A stretch of DNA of 64,000 bases from a virus. The notes beneath the pieces are model-generated. The model worked only from the letters and a program-made list of their open reading frames with translations. It had not been told where the DNA came from and did not search any database. Position 1 is the first letter of the stretch, and the number at the start of each line of letters is the position of its first letter. The translations under genes were made by a program, and so were the position numbers. Location: positions 1 through 64,000 of IMG/VR virus record IMGVR_UViG_3300030119_000590. One strand, 5' to 3'. Below are positions 1 to 13,900 of the stretch, piece by piece.

Positions 1-49
1 CATTATTAAGTACCAGAGTATTTATAGATGGATAGAAAGGTTACAAACA

Positions 50-484
50 ATGAAAAAAAATGAGTTAATAGAAATAATTAGGGTTGCCATTAGAGCAGAA
101 CTAAAGGATTATTTACCTAAATTGGTTACAGAAAGTGTAAATAAGTGTCTTAAGTCTGCGAAGACTCGGGTAGCTGACCCTGTGGAACTAACTAAAAAAG
201 TTTTAGAGGATACACCCAAGAAAATGGTAAGAACACCAAAGAAAACACCAACGGTTCATTTTACACGAAATGCAGCTTTGAACGAAGCACTAAACGCAAC
301 AGTAGGTGGAGTACCACAGGAAGGTTCTATGGTAAGTGGTGTGGAGCAAGTAACAGAACAGATCACAGACTTCCAAGGTCAGGCCGTAGATGTAGATGAT
401 TTACCAGATCATGTTTCCAATGCATTAACAAGAGATTATTCTGAGTTGCTTAATTTGGTGGACAAGAAAAAAGGAGGTAATTAA
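50..484 (+). CDS. hypothetical phage protein with N-terminal 'MKKxELxEII' helix
   Basis: 144-aa ORF preceded by TATTTATA (19-26) and AAAGG. Its N-terminus resembles those of several head-region proteins in this window. Confidence 0.75.
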   Translation: MKKNELIEIIRVAIRAELKDYLPKLVTESVNKCLKSAKTRVADPVELTKKVLEDTPKKMVRTPKKTPTVHFTRNAALNEALNATVGGVPQEGSMVSGVEQVTEQITDFQGQAVDVDDLPDHVSNALTRDYSELLNLVDKKKGGN

Positions 485-486
485 TT

Positions 487-882
487 TTGGCAAATGAAGT
501 TCCAGTAGGTATTACAATACCATATTCAAGAGGAGAAGGAGATGGGTTTTTTGCCCAAACTTACTCCATGCTGGAACGTGCAAGAACAAATCTTGCTTTT
601 TTACTTATGACTGCAAAGGGTGAAAGACCAATGATGCCAACATATGGAAGTGACTTACGTGCTTTGTTGTTTAATCCCAACACTCCTGATTATGTAGACG
701 AATTATTTGAAGATGCGGTAAAAGATGCAGCCGAAACATGGATGCCAGAAGTAGTTATAGTTTCGGTTGTAACGACACGTGATTTGGAAAACGATCCGTA
801 TGTGGCAACATTAAATATTATATTTAGTGTAAGTAATATACCAGATTCGGAACAAGAACTTGAAATAAAGATAGAGGTATAA
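487..882 (+). CDS. gp25: baseplate wedge subunit, gp25/GPW-like
   Basis: Motif NLAFLLMTAKGERPMMPTYGSDLRALLF, typical of gp25/GPW. TTG start with GGAGG upstream; precedes a gp6-like gene. Confidence 0.88.
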   Translation: MANEVPVGITIPYSRGEGDGFFAQTYSMLERARTNLAFLLMTAKGERPMMPTYGSDLRALLFNPNTPDYVDELFEDAVKDAAETWMPEVVIVSVVTTRDLENDPYVATLNIIFSVSNIPDSEQELEIKIEV

Positions 883-884
883 TA

Positions 885-2843
885 ATGGACAACTACTCAG
901 AAATAACTTCAGGAAAAGATATAAACTATTTGAGCAAAGACTTTAATAGTTTTAAGCAAAACTTAGTCGAGTATGTTAAGTCTTATTATCCTGGTACATA
1001 CAAAGATTTTAGTGAAAATTCAACAGGTATGATGTTCATTGAACTTGCAAGTTATGTCGGTGATGTATTGTCTTATTATATTGATTATCAATTCAAGGAG
1101 GGTTTCATGCAGTATGCTTCCGAGAGAAACAATGTCGTTACGCTTGCGAACTATCTAGGTTACAAACCAAAACCATCAACTGCAGCTGCGACTGATCTAG
1201 ACATCATGCAACTTGTACCTTCAAAAATTGAAGACGATGGAAGAAATGTTCCTGACATGAAGTTTGCTTTAAATATTAGACCTGGTATGGAAGTTTTACC
1301 AGACGGAGCAGGAGGCACATTTAGAACACTTGATAGTGTGAATTTTGCAGAAGAAGATCCAACAAGACCAACTGAAATACAAGTATTTCAACGTGATGGA
1401 AATGGCCAACCAACTTTCTATTTATTAAAAAAGGTAATAAGAGCTTCAGCAGGTTCGGTAAAAGAAATGACCATATCCGTGGGTGAAGCAGAGGAGTTTT
1501 TTGAAGTAGAAATACCAGATACCAATGTTTTAGAAATTGAATCCGTGACTGACGCAAGTGGAAACAAGTGGTATGAAGTTCCTTATTTATCACAAGACAC
1601 AATTTTAGTTGATGAACCAAATTCCGATAAATATAGTCCACACACAAGTCAATATGCTAATTTAGTTCCGTATGTTCTTCGTTACTTGAAAACATCAAAA
1701 CGATTCACTACTATTGTAAATTCAGATAACACCACTACACTTGAATTTGGCCAAGGAAGAGACAGGTTGGACGAGGAATTAATAACACCATCAATTGATA
1801 ATGTTGGAAGAGCAGTTGGTTCTAATAAGAATTTTGATATTCCATATGACCCATCTAATTTTCTGAAAACAGATTCTTACGGCGAATCACCATCAAACAC
1901 TACTCTAACAATTAAATATTACGCAGGAGGTGGACTGGACTCTAATGTGAAATCGAATACTTTAAATAGGATTAGTATAATAGAATTTAATGATACAGAT
2001 CAGTATTTATCACCGACTGAACAAAATATTTTGACCACGATAAAAAGCAGTGTTACGGTAAACAATCCAAATCCTGCACTCGGTGGAAGAGATGCAGAAA
2101 GTATTGATGAAATACGAATAAAAGGTCTTGCCAGTTTTTCATCGCAAAATAGAGCAGTAACAAGAGATGATTATGTTATACGTGCATATTCTATGCCAAC
2201 TAAATATGGAAGCATTGCAAAGGCATTTGTAACGAAAGATGGAATTCTTGACACAAAATCTCAACTTGATATTTTAAAATCCACGGGTGAACTTGATTCA
2301 GACATAATTCCAAGTGGCATGAATACAGTATATGGTGAAATAAACAATCCGTTTGCGGTAAATTTATATGTGCTTAGTTTTGATGATCAGAAAAAATTGA
2401 TAAACCCCAACAACTTAGTATTGGAGAATCTTAGTACATATCTATCTCAATACAGACTTGTAACAGATGGTCTAAATATTACAAGTGCGTTCGTAATTAA
2501 CATCGGAGTAGAATTTGAAATATCAGTTTTCCACAACTATAATAAAAAGGAAGTTTTGTATTCTGCAATAGATGTAGTAAGAGAGTTTTTTGATATAGAT
2601 AAGTGGCAAATTTCACAACCAATTGAAATGGGAAGTCTTGAACTTGCAGTATCAAGGGTATCTGGAGTTAAGTCAATATCCAAACTTGAAATTAAGAATA
2701 TGACCGTTAAGGATGGTAACTATTCTGAAAATGAGTATGACATCAAAGGTGCTACTGTAAATAAAATTTTATATCCTTCTATGGACCCATCAATATTTGA
2801 ATTGAAGTTTCCTGGAAGAGACATTGTTGGGAGGGTCGTATAG
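885..2843 (+). CDS. gp6: baseplate wedge subunit, T4 gp6 / baseplate J-like
   Basis: KDFNSFKQNL...DFSENSTGMMFIELASYVGDVLSYYID...LGYKP and GGRDAESIDEIR...QNRAVTRDDY are gp6 hallmarks. Confidence 0.9.
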   Translation: MDNYSEITSGKDINYLSKDFNSFKQNLVEYVKSYYPGTYKDFSENSTGMMFIELASYVGDVLSYYIDYQFKEGFMQYASERNNVVTLANYLGYKPKPSTAAATDLDIMQLVPSKIEDDGRNVPDMKFALNIRPGMEVLPDGAGGTFRTLDSVNFAEEDPTRPTEIQVFQRDGNGQPTFYLLKKVIRASAGSVKEMTISVGEAEEFFEVEIPDTNVLEIESVTDASGNKWYEVPYLSQDTILVDEPNSDKYSPHTSQYANLVPYVLRYLKTSKRFTTIVNSDNTTTLEFGQGRDRLDEELITPSIDNVGRAVGSNKNFDIPYDPSNFLKTDSYGESPSNTTLTIKYYAGGGLDSNVKSNTLNRISIIEFNDTDQYLSPTEQNILTTIKSSVTVNNPNPALGGRDAESIDEIRIKGLASFSSQNRAVTRDDYVIRAYSMPTKYGSIAKAFVTKDGILDTKSQLDILKSTGELDSDIIPSGMNTVYGEINNPFAVNLYVLSFDDQKKLINPNNLVLENLSTYLSQYRLVTDGLNITSAFVINIGVEFEISVFHNYNKKEVLYSAIDVVREFFDIDKWQISQPIEMGSLELAVSRVSGVKSISKLEIKNMTVKDGNYSENEYDIKGATVNKILYPSMDPSIFELKFPGRDIVGRVV

Positions 2844-4336
2844 TGAACTTTTTTATTTATCCATCTAAAGACACAACATTGTATAAGCAGAAAAAACTTC
2901 GCAAGTTAAATGCAGGTTCTGATGAGGTTATTGAACTAAAGAGTATACATGATGAAGCACTCGGGCATGATGTAGCAAGAATATTAATTGAGTTTGATTT
3001 AACAGGAATCAACGATGTAAAATCAGAATTGGTTGATGTAAAATACATTCTTAATTTAAAACTTATGCAATCAGATGAATTGCTTCCGTTGGATGTAATT
3101 GAAGTCTTCCCACTTAGAAAACCTTGGAAAGAAGGTAATGGTAGGTTTATACCATCATCTGACGCAAAGAAATTTAGTCCAGGAGCAAATTGGAAATATG
3201 CAGACGGTGAAAGTGATAAGTGGGTAGAGGGAAGTAATACCGACTCAACTGGTGGTGGCTTGTGGTATGACAAACAAATGTGCCTTGATTTATCTACGAC
3301 TCCATCTGAAATAGATTGTAAATTTAAGTTTACCAAAAACTTTTCAGACGTAAAAATTGATATTACCAGAATCGTAAAGTACTGGTTAGATGGAAGCATT
3401 GACAACAATGGGTTAATAATAAAATACAAAGACGAAGAACAAGATAACGCAGGAAATATAAAGTTTTATTCAAGTGATACGAATACAATTTATTATCCGT
3501 TTATACAAGTTTCATACAATGATTACTTTTTCAATCCATGTCAAAAAAGAAAAGTAAACAAATTAGTATGTCCAACTGCCGTTCAAGAAACAATAGCAGA
3601 GGTTTTTCCTACACCAACACCTACTCATCATATGTGTCCACCGTCAGGTTCAATAGAATCAGGAAGTTTGCATTCAGGAACTCTTGAATCTGGTAGTTTA
3701 TTCTCTGGTAGTCTACTTTCTGGTGTTATGGAATCAGGAAGTGCGTTTTCAGATGTAATTGTATATGGCTCTTTGGAGTCTGCCAATGTTACAACAAGTA
3801 ATATTTCTTCTGGTTCAATAGGGTCAGGAAGTTTAGAGTCAGGAACGATTGATTCCGTTGATTTGGCTGGTGTGGTTGTAACAAGTTGCATAAAAACAGA
3901 ACCATCCTCCGATACATCTAAATATTCATTTGACTTGATTGATGTAGACCCAACACTTCAACAAGTAATGGACGCAGATATAATACCACATATAAAAAGA
4001 ATTAAAAAAGAATACAGAACCTTATCAAGAGAAAGAATTTCGGTAGGCATTCGTTCAAAATACCCAACCAAAACATTTTCTTCAAAATCTAAATACGATT
4101 TAGACAATTATACACTTGAACCTATGAAGTATTCGGTGAGAGATGCAGAAACTGATGAAATCATAATTGACTTTAGTCATTACTCTAAAATAAGTTGCGA
4201 TGCGAGGGGTCATTATTTCAATTTTGATTTCACGTGTCTTGCAGTTGGTCGTATTTATAAGTTCTTAATATTGGTTGAATCTGAAGTTGGCCATGAGGTT
4301 CATGAGGATAAAAGAAGGTTTATTGTGAGGTCATAA
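2843..4336 (+). CDS. putative virion (baseplate-associated) protein with a Ser/Gly repeat insertion
   Basis: 497 aa with a GTG start overlapping the gp6 stop. N-terminal KDTTLY...RILIEFDL...DITRIVKYW..GSIDNNGLII resembles DNRLRE-type beta-sandwiches. Confidence 0.65.
   Translation: MNFFIYPSKDTTLYKQKKLRKLNAGSDEVIELKSIHDEALGHDVARILIEFDLTGINDVKSELVDVKYILNLKLMQSDELLPLDVIEVFPLRKPWKEGNGRFIPSSDAKKFSPGANWKYADGESDKWVEGSNTDSTGGGLWYDKQMCLDLSTTPSEIDCKFKFTKNFSDVKIDITRIVKYWLDGSIDNNGLIIKYKDEEQDNAGNIKFYSSDTNTIYYPFIQVSYNDYFFNPCQKRKVNKLVCPTAVQETIAEVFPTPTPTHHMCPPSGSIESGSLHSGTLESGSLFSGSLLSGVMESGSAFSDVIVYGSLESANVTTSNISSGSIGSGSLESGTIDSVDLAGVVVTSCIKTEPSSDTSKYSFDLIDVDPTLQQVMDADIIPHIKRIKKEYRTLSRERISVGIRSKYPTKTFSSKSKYDLDNYTLEPMKYSVRDAETDEIIIDFSHYSKISCDARGHYFNFDFTCLAVGRIYKFLILVESEVGHEVHEDKRRFIVRS
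3640..3860 (+). repeat. imperfect pentapeptide repeat (SGS[L/I]E-like) inside the CDS
   Basis: SGSIESGSLHSGTLESGSLFSGSLLSGVMESGSAFS...SSGSIGSGSLESGTIDS. Confidence 0.75.
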
Positions 4337-4339
4337 ATC

Positions 4340-4924
4340 ATGTACGAATTTCCAGATTACATTTCAAAAGAAAGTTTCAATCAAGCTGAGTTGGATGTAG
4401 CTATCAAAACTGGTGCATTTGAAAATACAAGAGATTCTTACAACAATCTTGTTGTTAAGATTGATGAAGTAACCCAAGACTCCAAGGTAGGAGACTATTT
4501 AATTGCAATTCCAACCGAAAAAAGAAAACAAATTCCAGAGCAAGTAGAGACATTTTATGACACCACTGTCGGTGAGTTTTCTGATGTGGAACAGAATGAG
4601 GTTGACGAAGTGGTTGCCACGGAATTAAACTCGGTAGTAGATGATGTGGAGGATGATATAACTGAACAAAAACTCTTACAAAGTCAAATAGATGAACTTA
4701 GTGAAAAACTAGATGAAGAAATTGACAAAGCAGTAAGATTCAAAGAAGAAGCATCGCAAACATTTTCTGCATCTAGAGACTTGATAGTCTCTCAAAGAAT
4801 TTCTGCGGGAGAAGGATCTTCGCCTAATGATTTTTCAGACACATTCCCATTTTTACCACTGACGGAATCAGAAAAACTAAATGACAATCTACCAAGAGAG
4901 CAATTTCCATTCATGGGTACATAG
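4340..4924 (+). CDS. hypothetical acidic coiled-coil protein (baseplate module)
   Basis: 194-aa ORF with upstream GAGG, co-oriented in the operon. Confidence 0.7.
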   Translation: MYEFPDYISKESFNQAELDVAIKTGAFENTRDSYNNLVVKIDEVTQDSKVGDYLIAIPTEKRKQIPEQVETFYDTTVGEFSDVEQNEVDEVVATELNSVVDDVEDDITEQKLLQSQIDELSEKLDEEIDKAVRFKEEASQTFSASRDLIVSQRISAGEGSSPNDFSDTFPFLPLTESEKLNDNLPREQFPFMGT

Positions 4925-4942
4925 AAACAATTAGATTAGGTT

Positions 4943-7900
4943 ATGGCAAATTATTTAAAGTATATTGACACCGAATCAAATACAGGAGACTTTACCAGAG
5001 CATATCCGGTTGAGTCAAGTGCCTTAGACTTGGCGTTCGAAAAAACATCTACCAAAACTACATTTGGTAAGTCATTCAAGGATGTAATAGAGTTTACAGT
5101 ATACGATTCCACAGGAAGAAATTTACTTGCCTGGACAATCATCGAGGGTCTTGAAAACTATACGACTAAAAATTTATATTATACAAATTACAATGATGAT
5201 ACAGTTACCGCATCGGTGCGAGTCCTTGATTCAGTATATCCCTCGGCAAATGGAAATATAATACTATCACCAACAGACCAATTAAAAAAGTTAAATTTCA
5301 CCACAGGTGCATATAGAATAGGATTTTCTTTTAGGAACGATATAATAGGATCTACTGAGTCGGAAAGCAAACTTATAGTCTCTGAAATATCTCCATCAAG
5401 AACCGAGATAAAAATTACACCAGAGTGCCTTAGAAACTCAACAAGACCACAAGATGCAGCTATAAATTTCGAGTATGACAATTTTATTAATAAAAGAATT
5501 GTTGTTTCGCACATATACCACGATGTCAGTTCTTTTTACAGAGACGATGTATCTTTTATACTTGATAATACTGGATTAGATTTTTCGGAGGATTTTAAAT
5601 CAACATTTGATGACTTTGAACAAAGTTACGAAAAAACAATAACTACGTATCTAGGAGTAGATATTAAGTCAATAAACCCAACTCATATTAATCAGTTTAT
5701 AAGTAATATATATTCTAATTACGAGAAGGTAACTAAGTTGTATAATAATGTAATACTAACAAATTATACAAGTTCATTTACTTCATCAGATTTTTACGAT
5801 GAATATCTTAAGTGTGCTGACTATATAATTTCAAAGCATACTAAATTGGCAACACTTTCAACTGACTCCGTTGAAGTAGAATTTTATAAGTCTGCATTTA
5901 TTCATTTTTATGATTTAGATGCGTTGTCGGGTATTTACGCAGATAGATTTGATAACTACTTTTCCAATGTTATAAATTTATCAAACAATCAAAGTTATCC
6001 AATACTAAAGCAAACTTTATCTAGTCAAAACGCAAACGATGCGGTAAAACAACAACCACTTGTGTTGAAATTATCAGAACCACTTCCATTTAGTGTAACG
6101 GTAGGCACTAGATTTCATTTGTCAAATGTGTCTAGTTCTGATGATATTATACAAAATATAATCGTAACCGAAGAGGTGGTTTCAACCACATATAAATTGA
6201 GAGGACCAAATAAAGTATCACTTTTAACTTCATCGTCTGGTACGAAACAATATACAAGTGAAGATCTTACACTTGGAAATGAAATTGAATCTGGAATATC
6301 TAACCATTTCAACAAATTGACATCGGGAACAGAATTATCTGTAGATTATTCTGAATTTTCAAATTATGTAAGATTCTCATCTGCTAAGAAGAAACTAGAT
6401 GCGTTTGTGTATAAGTTAACTCAAGTTTCAAAACTTAATAGAAAAAAAATAGAATTGGAAAATGAGATATACAATTTAAAAAAAAGAATTGCTAATGATA
6501 CCATTGGCAATGAAACTGGTGCAGATTCTTACACAATATTGCGTGAGTTTGACATTAAAAAGACAAATGAAAGTCTTTCGGAGATTATAGACTCATTCAC
6601 AGAATATGAAAAGTTTCTATTTTATACTGAAGATAATTTTGCTTGGCCAAGGTCAGAAAACTTGGTAGTTACGACCAACTCAACTCAAAAGTTTCAAACG
6701 GTTTTATATGAAGGTGTTTATTATGAGGACGGTGTATATAATGAACGACCACTTTATACGCATCAATCTAACGACTGGACTTTATATTGGGACGGAGCGG
6801 AGTATGGTTGGGTATTATCCGATGCAGGAACATCTAAAACGAATCATTGGATTTCAACAAGACCTGTAACAACAACAGACTCTTTTATTACAAGCAATGT
6901 TTTTGGAAATCAAACAATAACAAGAACAACAGATGCATCTATTGAAAAGTTGGCAAGTAGTTCTGAGTTTTCATCAGACGCAACACCAGATTATATGCCA
7001 AACTCGGATAATGTACCAACCGAAAGACCTTGGTTATCGTTTAGTATTTCATACGAACAAGTAATTCGAGGTATAAAAGGAACAGCCCGTTCACCAAGAT
7101 ACATTCCTGCTGATTTAAAAGTGTTTCAAAAAGACAAAGGCTATTTTTGGTATTTGGAACGAGCAAACGAAGCTGAGCAATATGATAAAACAAACGATGA
7201 TAGTCTTGGAAATAATATTCCTGAATTTTTAGTAAGAGACGATAGTAATCAAGATTTTGTTGATTTTCTAAATCTAGTTGGCAATCACTTTGATTTAATT
7301 TATACATACATCGCAAACATGGGTGCTTCACTTAAACCAAGAAACAATCCAAACAAAGGTGTTCCAAACGAATTAGTATGGTTTATTATGAACTCTCTCG
7401 GAGTAAGATTCAGTGGCCAGGATGATGCTGGAGATGATATGACTTCCGATTACCCTACTGGCGGTTTATCAATTAAGGATAGAAGAAATATAATATGGAG
7501 AAGGATTCTTAATAACTTACCCCACATTGTCAATACAATCGGAACTGAGCGTTCAATAAATGCACTACTTCGTTGTTATGGTGTACCAGACTATTTGTTT
7601 AAAGTAAAAGAATACGGAGGAGTTAAATACTCAACATCTGGTGCTTCGGATGAATCTATTTTTAGTTTCGATTCATTTGATTATAAACTGAATTTCACAC
7701 AAGATGACCAGTATATCTCTATTCCTTGGCATGGAGATTCCTATGAGGTCAGAACACTTGAATTTGAAACATCTTTAGACGATTCTCTTCGTGAAGAGAA
7801 TCTAAGTACCGAGTATGGTCTGTTAGAGTATAATATATCACCATCGGCCATTATTAAAGACCAGGAAAATGGAATAACTTCATCTGGATGGATTTATCAA

Positions 7901-10900
7901 GGAATATTATCCATACCACCTGCTACATCAGAAGTGGGTGCTCCCGGATTTGAACAAGACTCATCAGCTCCATATCCAGTTGATGTTATTGGTCCGGACG
8001 GTGATATGTACGGACACCTAACATATACTGGTATACCAACAAATAAAGGCAAACTTTACTATAAACCAGATTCTGGTCCTTATGAAGGAGAGTCTTTATA
8101 CGGTGAAATGCGTTCAAATATCTGTCAATTAAATATAGAAACAACGGATATACCCATTGTAAACTCTGATAGAAGTGTGAATTTAGATGACTCGTCATCA
8201 GATTGGGAACTCGGAATTGAAATAGAACCAGGTAGACAAAGTGACGGATACGGAAGATTTTATTTTGAATTTAATGATGGAATCCGACAATATTGTCCTG
8301 AAAAAAAACACCCACCAATATGTGTACTTGGAGCAGGAGACTATAACGTAATGCTTGTTAAGTCATATAAAGAAGAAGGAAAGTTTTCACAATATTTAAA
8401 AATGTATGTTAAAAGAGCATCGGGTGCAGACATTGTGGTAAGTTATTCAATCTTGATACCTGCAACAAAAGAATCTTTTGAAAAATTTAATTCATATAAC
8501 AAAGTCTTTTTTGGAAATTATATGTCATCGGTGTTCAAAGGAACATTGAATAAGTTAAGAATGTACAATATTGAGATTCCTGAAAACAGATTTGAAAATC
8601 ACATTCTTTTTAACCAAGCATATGATTTAGACGATCCAAGTCAAATGAGAGATTCGTTAATATTCAAAGCAAACTTTGATTATCCATATGATTTATCGTC
8701 TGTAGCAAATCCGTCTGCGTCTACCGATGAATATCCAACAGGAACCATACCAAACAATTCGTTCAGAAAAGATGCACCTAAGAATATAGAGTGTTGGAAT
8801 TTCCGTTCACGTGAGTTTCCATACGACTTCGTTGGAGAAGGAAAACGTCAATTCGCAAAACTACCAGGATTCGGAGCACAAGCATTTAGCAATAATAAAA
8901 TAAGAATTGAAACTCAGAAGGTCATTGCTCCACTAAATCCACGTGCAAGGTCAACTGAGAAGAGTGGAGATAGACTTGCGGTTGACACCAACACACTTGG
9001 AGTATTTTTTAGTCCAACTGATTTAATAAACACAGAGATTATAAGATTCTTTGGAAGTTTTGAACTCGGAGATTATATTGGTGATCCTGCGGATTTATAC
9101 AAAAGTGAATACAGAAGATACGATGAATTCAAAAAGGTATTCTACAGAGAAGGTTTTGGAAAAATTGATTGGTCTATGTATTTGAATATAATGAAAACTT
9201 ATGTGGATGCTTCGTTGTTTGAAAATATTGAAAAAGTAGTACCTGCAAGAACAAGACTAATATCAGGATTGATGGTCGAACCTAGTATATTAGAACGAAA
9301 TAAATTAAAGAGTATAGTGGTAAATCCACAAGTTCAGTCAGATTTTAAAAAACTTTCACCAGAAGAATTGGAAAGTATTAACAATCCACATGACCACGAT
9401 GGTATAACGAACAAAGCATCTAATAATCACAAAATAAATCGTTTGCAAAATATAGAGTTGTCAGGTGTTAGGTCATCTGAAAATATTGCCTCGTTTGCAA
9501 ACCAACAAATAGGACCAAACACCAAAAAAGGAGGCGTCACACTTCACACAGGTGAAACTACATATAAACGAAATTCAAGTGCAAATCAACTAGACTCTAA
9601 CCGAACTTTTAATTTTAATTATACAGGTAACTTTATAGATACATCACTTGACCAATATATGTATGGTATCTCTTCTACATACGGAGTTTATTCAGAAGGT
9701 GGAAGAATGTTTAAAGTAGAAAATACTCCAAGAGAGTTACAATTAAGACTTCCTATTAAATATGCTCTTGGTGGTGATATAGATTATGGAAACTTAACGG
9801 ATGTCATTATAAAAGTACAAGGATTCGATTCTAAGTTAGTGTTTGAGTTTTCATCTGCCAACGGAATTTTTAAATCGGGTGGATTTCTAAACAATAAGTT
9901 ATTTTTCTCAAATAGCTCAAAGACATGGTTTATTTATTGGAGTGTTATTAGATCAAAGTGGGTTCTTGTAAATGAAAACCCTACATACATGAAAGAAGAA
10001 GAAGGATTACTTACACCAAGAAAAGGGTTATTGTGGGTGAGTGATATAGCAGATGCTTGCATAGGAAAAGTTTACACATGGCCATGTCGGTTCAGTGGAA
10101 GTAAAACTGGTGGAACAGCATATTATGAAAATGATTACATAACAATTGTTGATAGTGGAATCTTACCACAGGTAGAGGTATTGAATGACAGAATAATGTC
10201 CGTGAATACATTACTTGCTCCATTTAACAGCGGTAGAATCTTTGGTTATTTAGATTGTGAAATATATGGAAGTTTTACTGGTAGATATAAAATGATGGCA
10301 ACAATAAACGGAGTTGATGTGTGGCAACCGAAAACTGGTTATTTTGAAGTTGAAAATCATTATTTTGAAAAAGACGGAGAGAAAAAGAAAATACTTATTG
10401 ATGGTCAGTTTAGTGGAAAACTTTTACGAGGTAGTCTTGGAAGTATATCACAAGATGTTAAAATCCTTGGTCGTGTGAACGGCCGTGACTATTTTGATTG
10501 CGACTCTCCGTGGGTAAGACCCGCATCAGACGATGGTAGTGTAATAAGTGACATAAATGAAATTGTTAACATTGAATCTGTTGAAGTAACAAACAACTTG
10601 ACAGAGTTCCAAGAATCTAAAGCAATAAATTATATTTCAAAGAAATTTGATTCAGTAAATTTAGTTCCTGTTCCAAATAAGTATAAAAACAAATACTCAA
10701 GTATAATTCGTTATGGTGATACTGAATCACCTTATACAGATTATTTGGTTAGAAACGAGGATATATTTCGTCACGGAGGTTCGTCCAAAATATCAGGAAA
10801 TTATACTTTATCTGTTAACCACGAAACCAAAGATACATTTACTTTTCCTGTTTTATTTGATTACCAAGTTGAGTTATCAGCAACTTTAAAAGGAAATGGA

Positions 10901-13900
10901 TTGCGTAATATTAAAGTTCTTGCGTGGACAGACTTACCTGAACAACAATCTAAATACTATAAGATAAATTTGGATCGTGGTTTAACAATAAACGTAGATG
11001 CGAATTCTCAAACTGATATAGTATTAAACATAGAAAGTGCGGGAGTAGGATACGAGTCTGATTTGTTCTACAGATTTAATAATACAGATGGATTATATAA
11101 ACGTGAGTATTCTCCTTACAACTCTGGTGAAGATTCAATTGATAATTCAAATGTTAAGTCTATTCTTGATAAACTTTATGCAGAAGATTTGGGTGAGGAA
11201 TTTATATACAATAGCATTAATATAAAAGAACATATAAAAAGAATTTTAAATCAATCATCTGAGTCCGTGTGTTATTTTATGGTAAATTTGGGTATCAATA
11301 ATCAGAGTATTTTGTTTGTTGGATATTTGAGTGAAACACATATTCCAAAAAAGTTAGTTGGTAGAAGTGAAGATCATTTACAAGGAGTAGTAACTTCAAA
11401 GGTTGCACCACAACCAAACGATATTGTATCAGGAACAAGAGTATCAACTGACGATGAAGAAATTGCATGGTCAATTTTGCCAAAATATGGATTTGGAAAA
11501 TTATCACCGGGTGGTGTTGTGCAACTTTCATCGTTAACGGCAACAAATCGGGTAGCATATGATTATGGAATTGTTGGTTTAGAACGTTTTGATTTTACTG
11601 ACAGAATTATTTACTCTGAGGAAACCTTATCGAGTCCCATTGATGTCAATATGGAAAATTTTTCATATTCATACGAACTTGAAATACTTCCGATTGATAA
11701 TACAACAACAAGAGTTCAACCAGATTCAATAGGAAACTATTTTGCAGTATTTAACTTAGAAAAATATAACTCAATTGAGATAGAAAACTTTACGGGACAA
11801 ATGGATATGTTGAATGGTTCTTATCTTGAGATTGGGACATACAATGGAAAACCTTTGTATAAAAATGAAAAAGATTTGAATGATGAGTTTCGTGTTAATA
11901 TAATTGACCAAAATTTGTCTAGAATACAACATTTAATTCCAGACGGTTATGTGGGAAGAAAAGTTAATTATATATTTTGGAGTAATATTAACAGACGTTG
12001 GATTTTGTTACATAGTAATAATTTCTTGATTGATTTTGTTAAAGAGCAAGATTTATACATTCCTATAGAATCACCGGTAAGGCATGATATATTATGGATA
12101 TATGGAAACACAGAATCCAATGCACAAAGTTTCAATACAGAAAATGGTGGTGATTTAGGTTATCATCGTTCTTTGGTATACAGAGAAACAGTTTCTGTAA
12201 GTTCAGTTATAGAAGCAGATGAAGCAAACTTTGATGAACTTATTTCTATGGAGGCACTTGGACTAGACTCTGATGAAGCAGGACTTGTATATACCTTCAG
12301 AGACACGGATACTATAAAAGTTTTTGGATTTACAGGTGCTTCGGCAGCGGCAAATGGTTTATATCGAGAACTTGAAGGAACGATGGGAACAAAACCATCG
12401 TACTTTAACGGTCGTGGTTGGCTGTTATACTGGAACGAAGATTCGTTTACATGGATCATTGCGGAATATGTTGGTATCAAAGACGAAATTCAGAAATCAC
12501 TAAGTACAGTTTATCAAAGGTTGAATCTTACTTCATTTTTCAATAAAACCTCTCCAACAAAATGGATAGCAAATTTATCAGCTGAGTTTGATTCTAGAAG
12601 AAATGACGATAATGTATTTTCGTCAGAAATAACATCGGATGTGTTTATTTCAATGGGAGGGCAAACATTACAGAGATTTTTTGACGGAATTGGTCGTTCA
12701 CGACAAACAGGTTTTGCATACTTTCCTTCGTTGAAAAAGAAAACAAAGGTAAAGTATAGTTCGGATGTAGAGTATTTCAGAGACACCATTGAGTCTAATT
12801 TAGATAAACTTGATGTTGTATCATATAACTCAACTGTGGTTGAAGGTAATTCATTTAGAATTGTACCCAATATACGTCATTTTCAAAGATATGAAGACGA
12901 TGCTCATACACAAGTCAAAAGACTTGCTTGGTGTATGACCATACGAAGAAAGAATCCAAAAATGCCTATTCCTGGTGTTTATACACGTAAGGCAGGAGGA
13001 TCATCGGTAATGCTCAGGTGGATGGCAAACGATTATGATACAATTACAGTTGATTATGATCCAGATAGAGAACTTATAGAAAAAGATGCTCTACGAGAAA
13101 CAGTTCCTGTGGGAATTTACAAAAGAGTGAATTCAAGTATCACGGGAGAATCAACAACAACTATAAGATTTAAACACTTATCAAATCAGTTTGAGTTGAA
13201 ACTTGAACCTGCCACCCAACCAAATGAGTCTGATAAATGGACAATTAGTTCACTTTCAAATGCAACTTATTCTGTATATACCCGTGATATGGTCGGACAA
13301 AATATAGAAACCGTCGCAACCAAAATTGGTTATATAAGAACCCGTGGTGAGCTTATAGAACAAAGATCGTTTGGTAAGTATATAACACGTGACGAGTTGA
13401 CATTCCCAACGGGTGATAATGCAAACAATATTTTTTACATAGGAAAGCCACCGGAATCAACAGATCCATTTGATGACAGAATACCAACCACAACAGAAGT
13501 ACCTTTTCAGTCTGGTATCGGTGAAGAAATTGCAACAGAAAATTTATATATTAAATGGGGTCATGTAATACAAGACAACATTGAATCTAACGATTGCAAA
13601 GATTTAAATTCATATCCAGCTGCTTCATATAGTTTAAAAGAAAACACCACTATAAAAGGAGGAAATACATCAAGACACGATTTGCTTGATTTAAGTAGAT
13701 CATATCCAAACGGTATAGGTGCTGAGTTGGTAATCGAAGTTTCTGGAGGCACTGGAGAAGACGAAGCATTTAATGGAATATATTGTAAACGAGAATCTAT
13801 ATCATCTAAAATTTTTGTTAATAGAGATGACACAACCAAGTATATAAAGCAAGGAGAACGTGAAGGTGATCCGGTTTATATATGTTCAATTGATTCTGCG

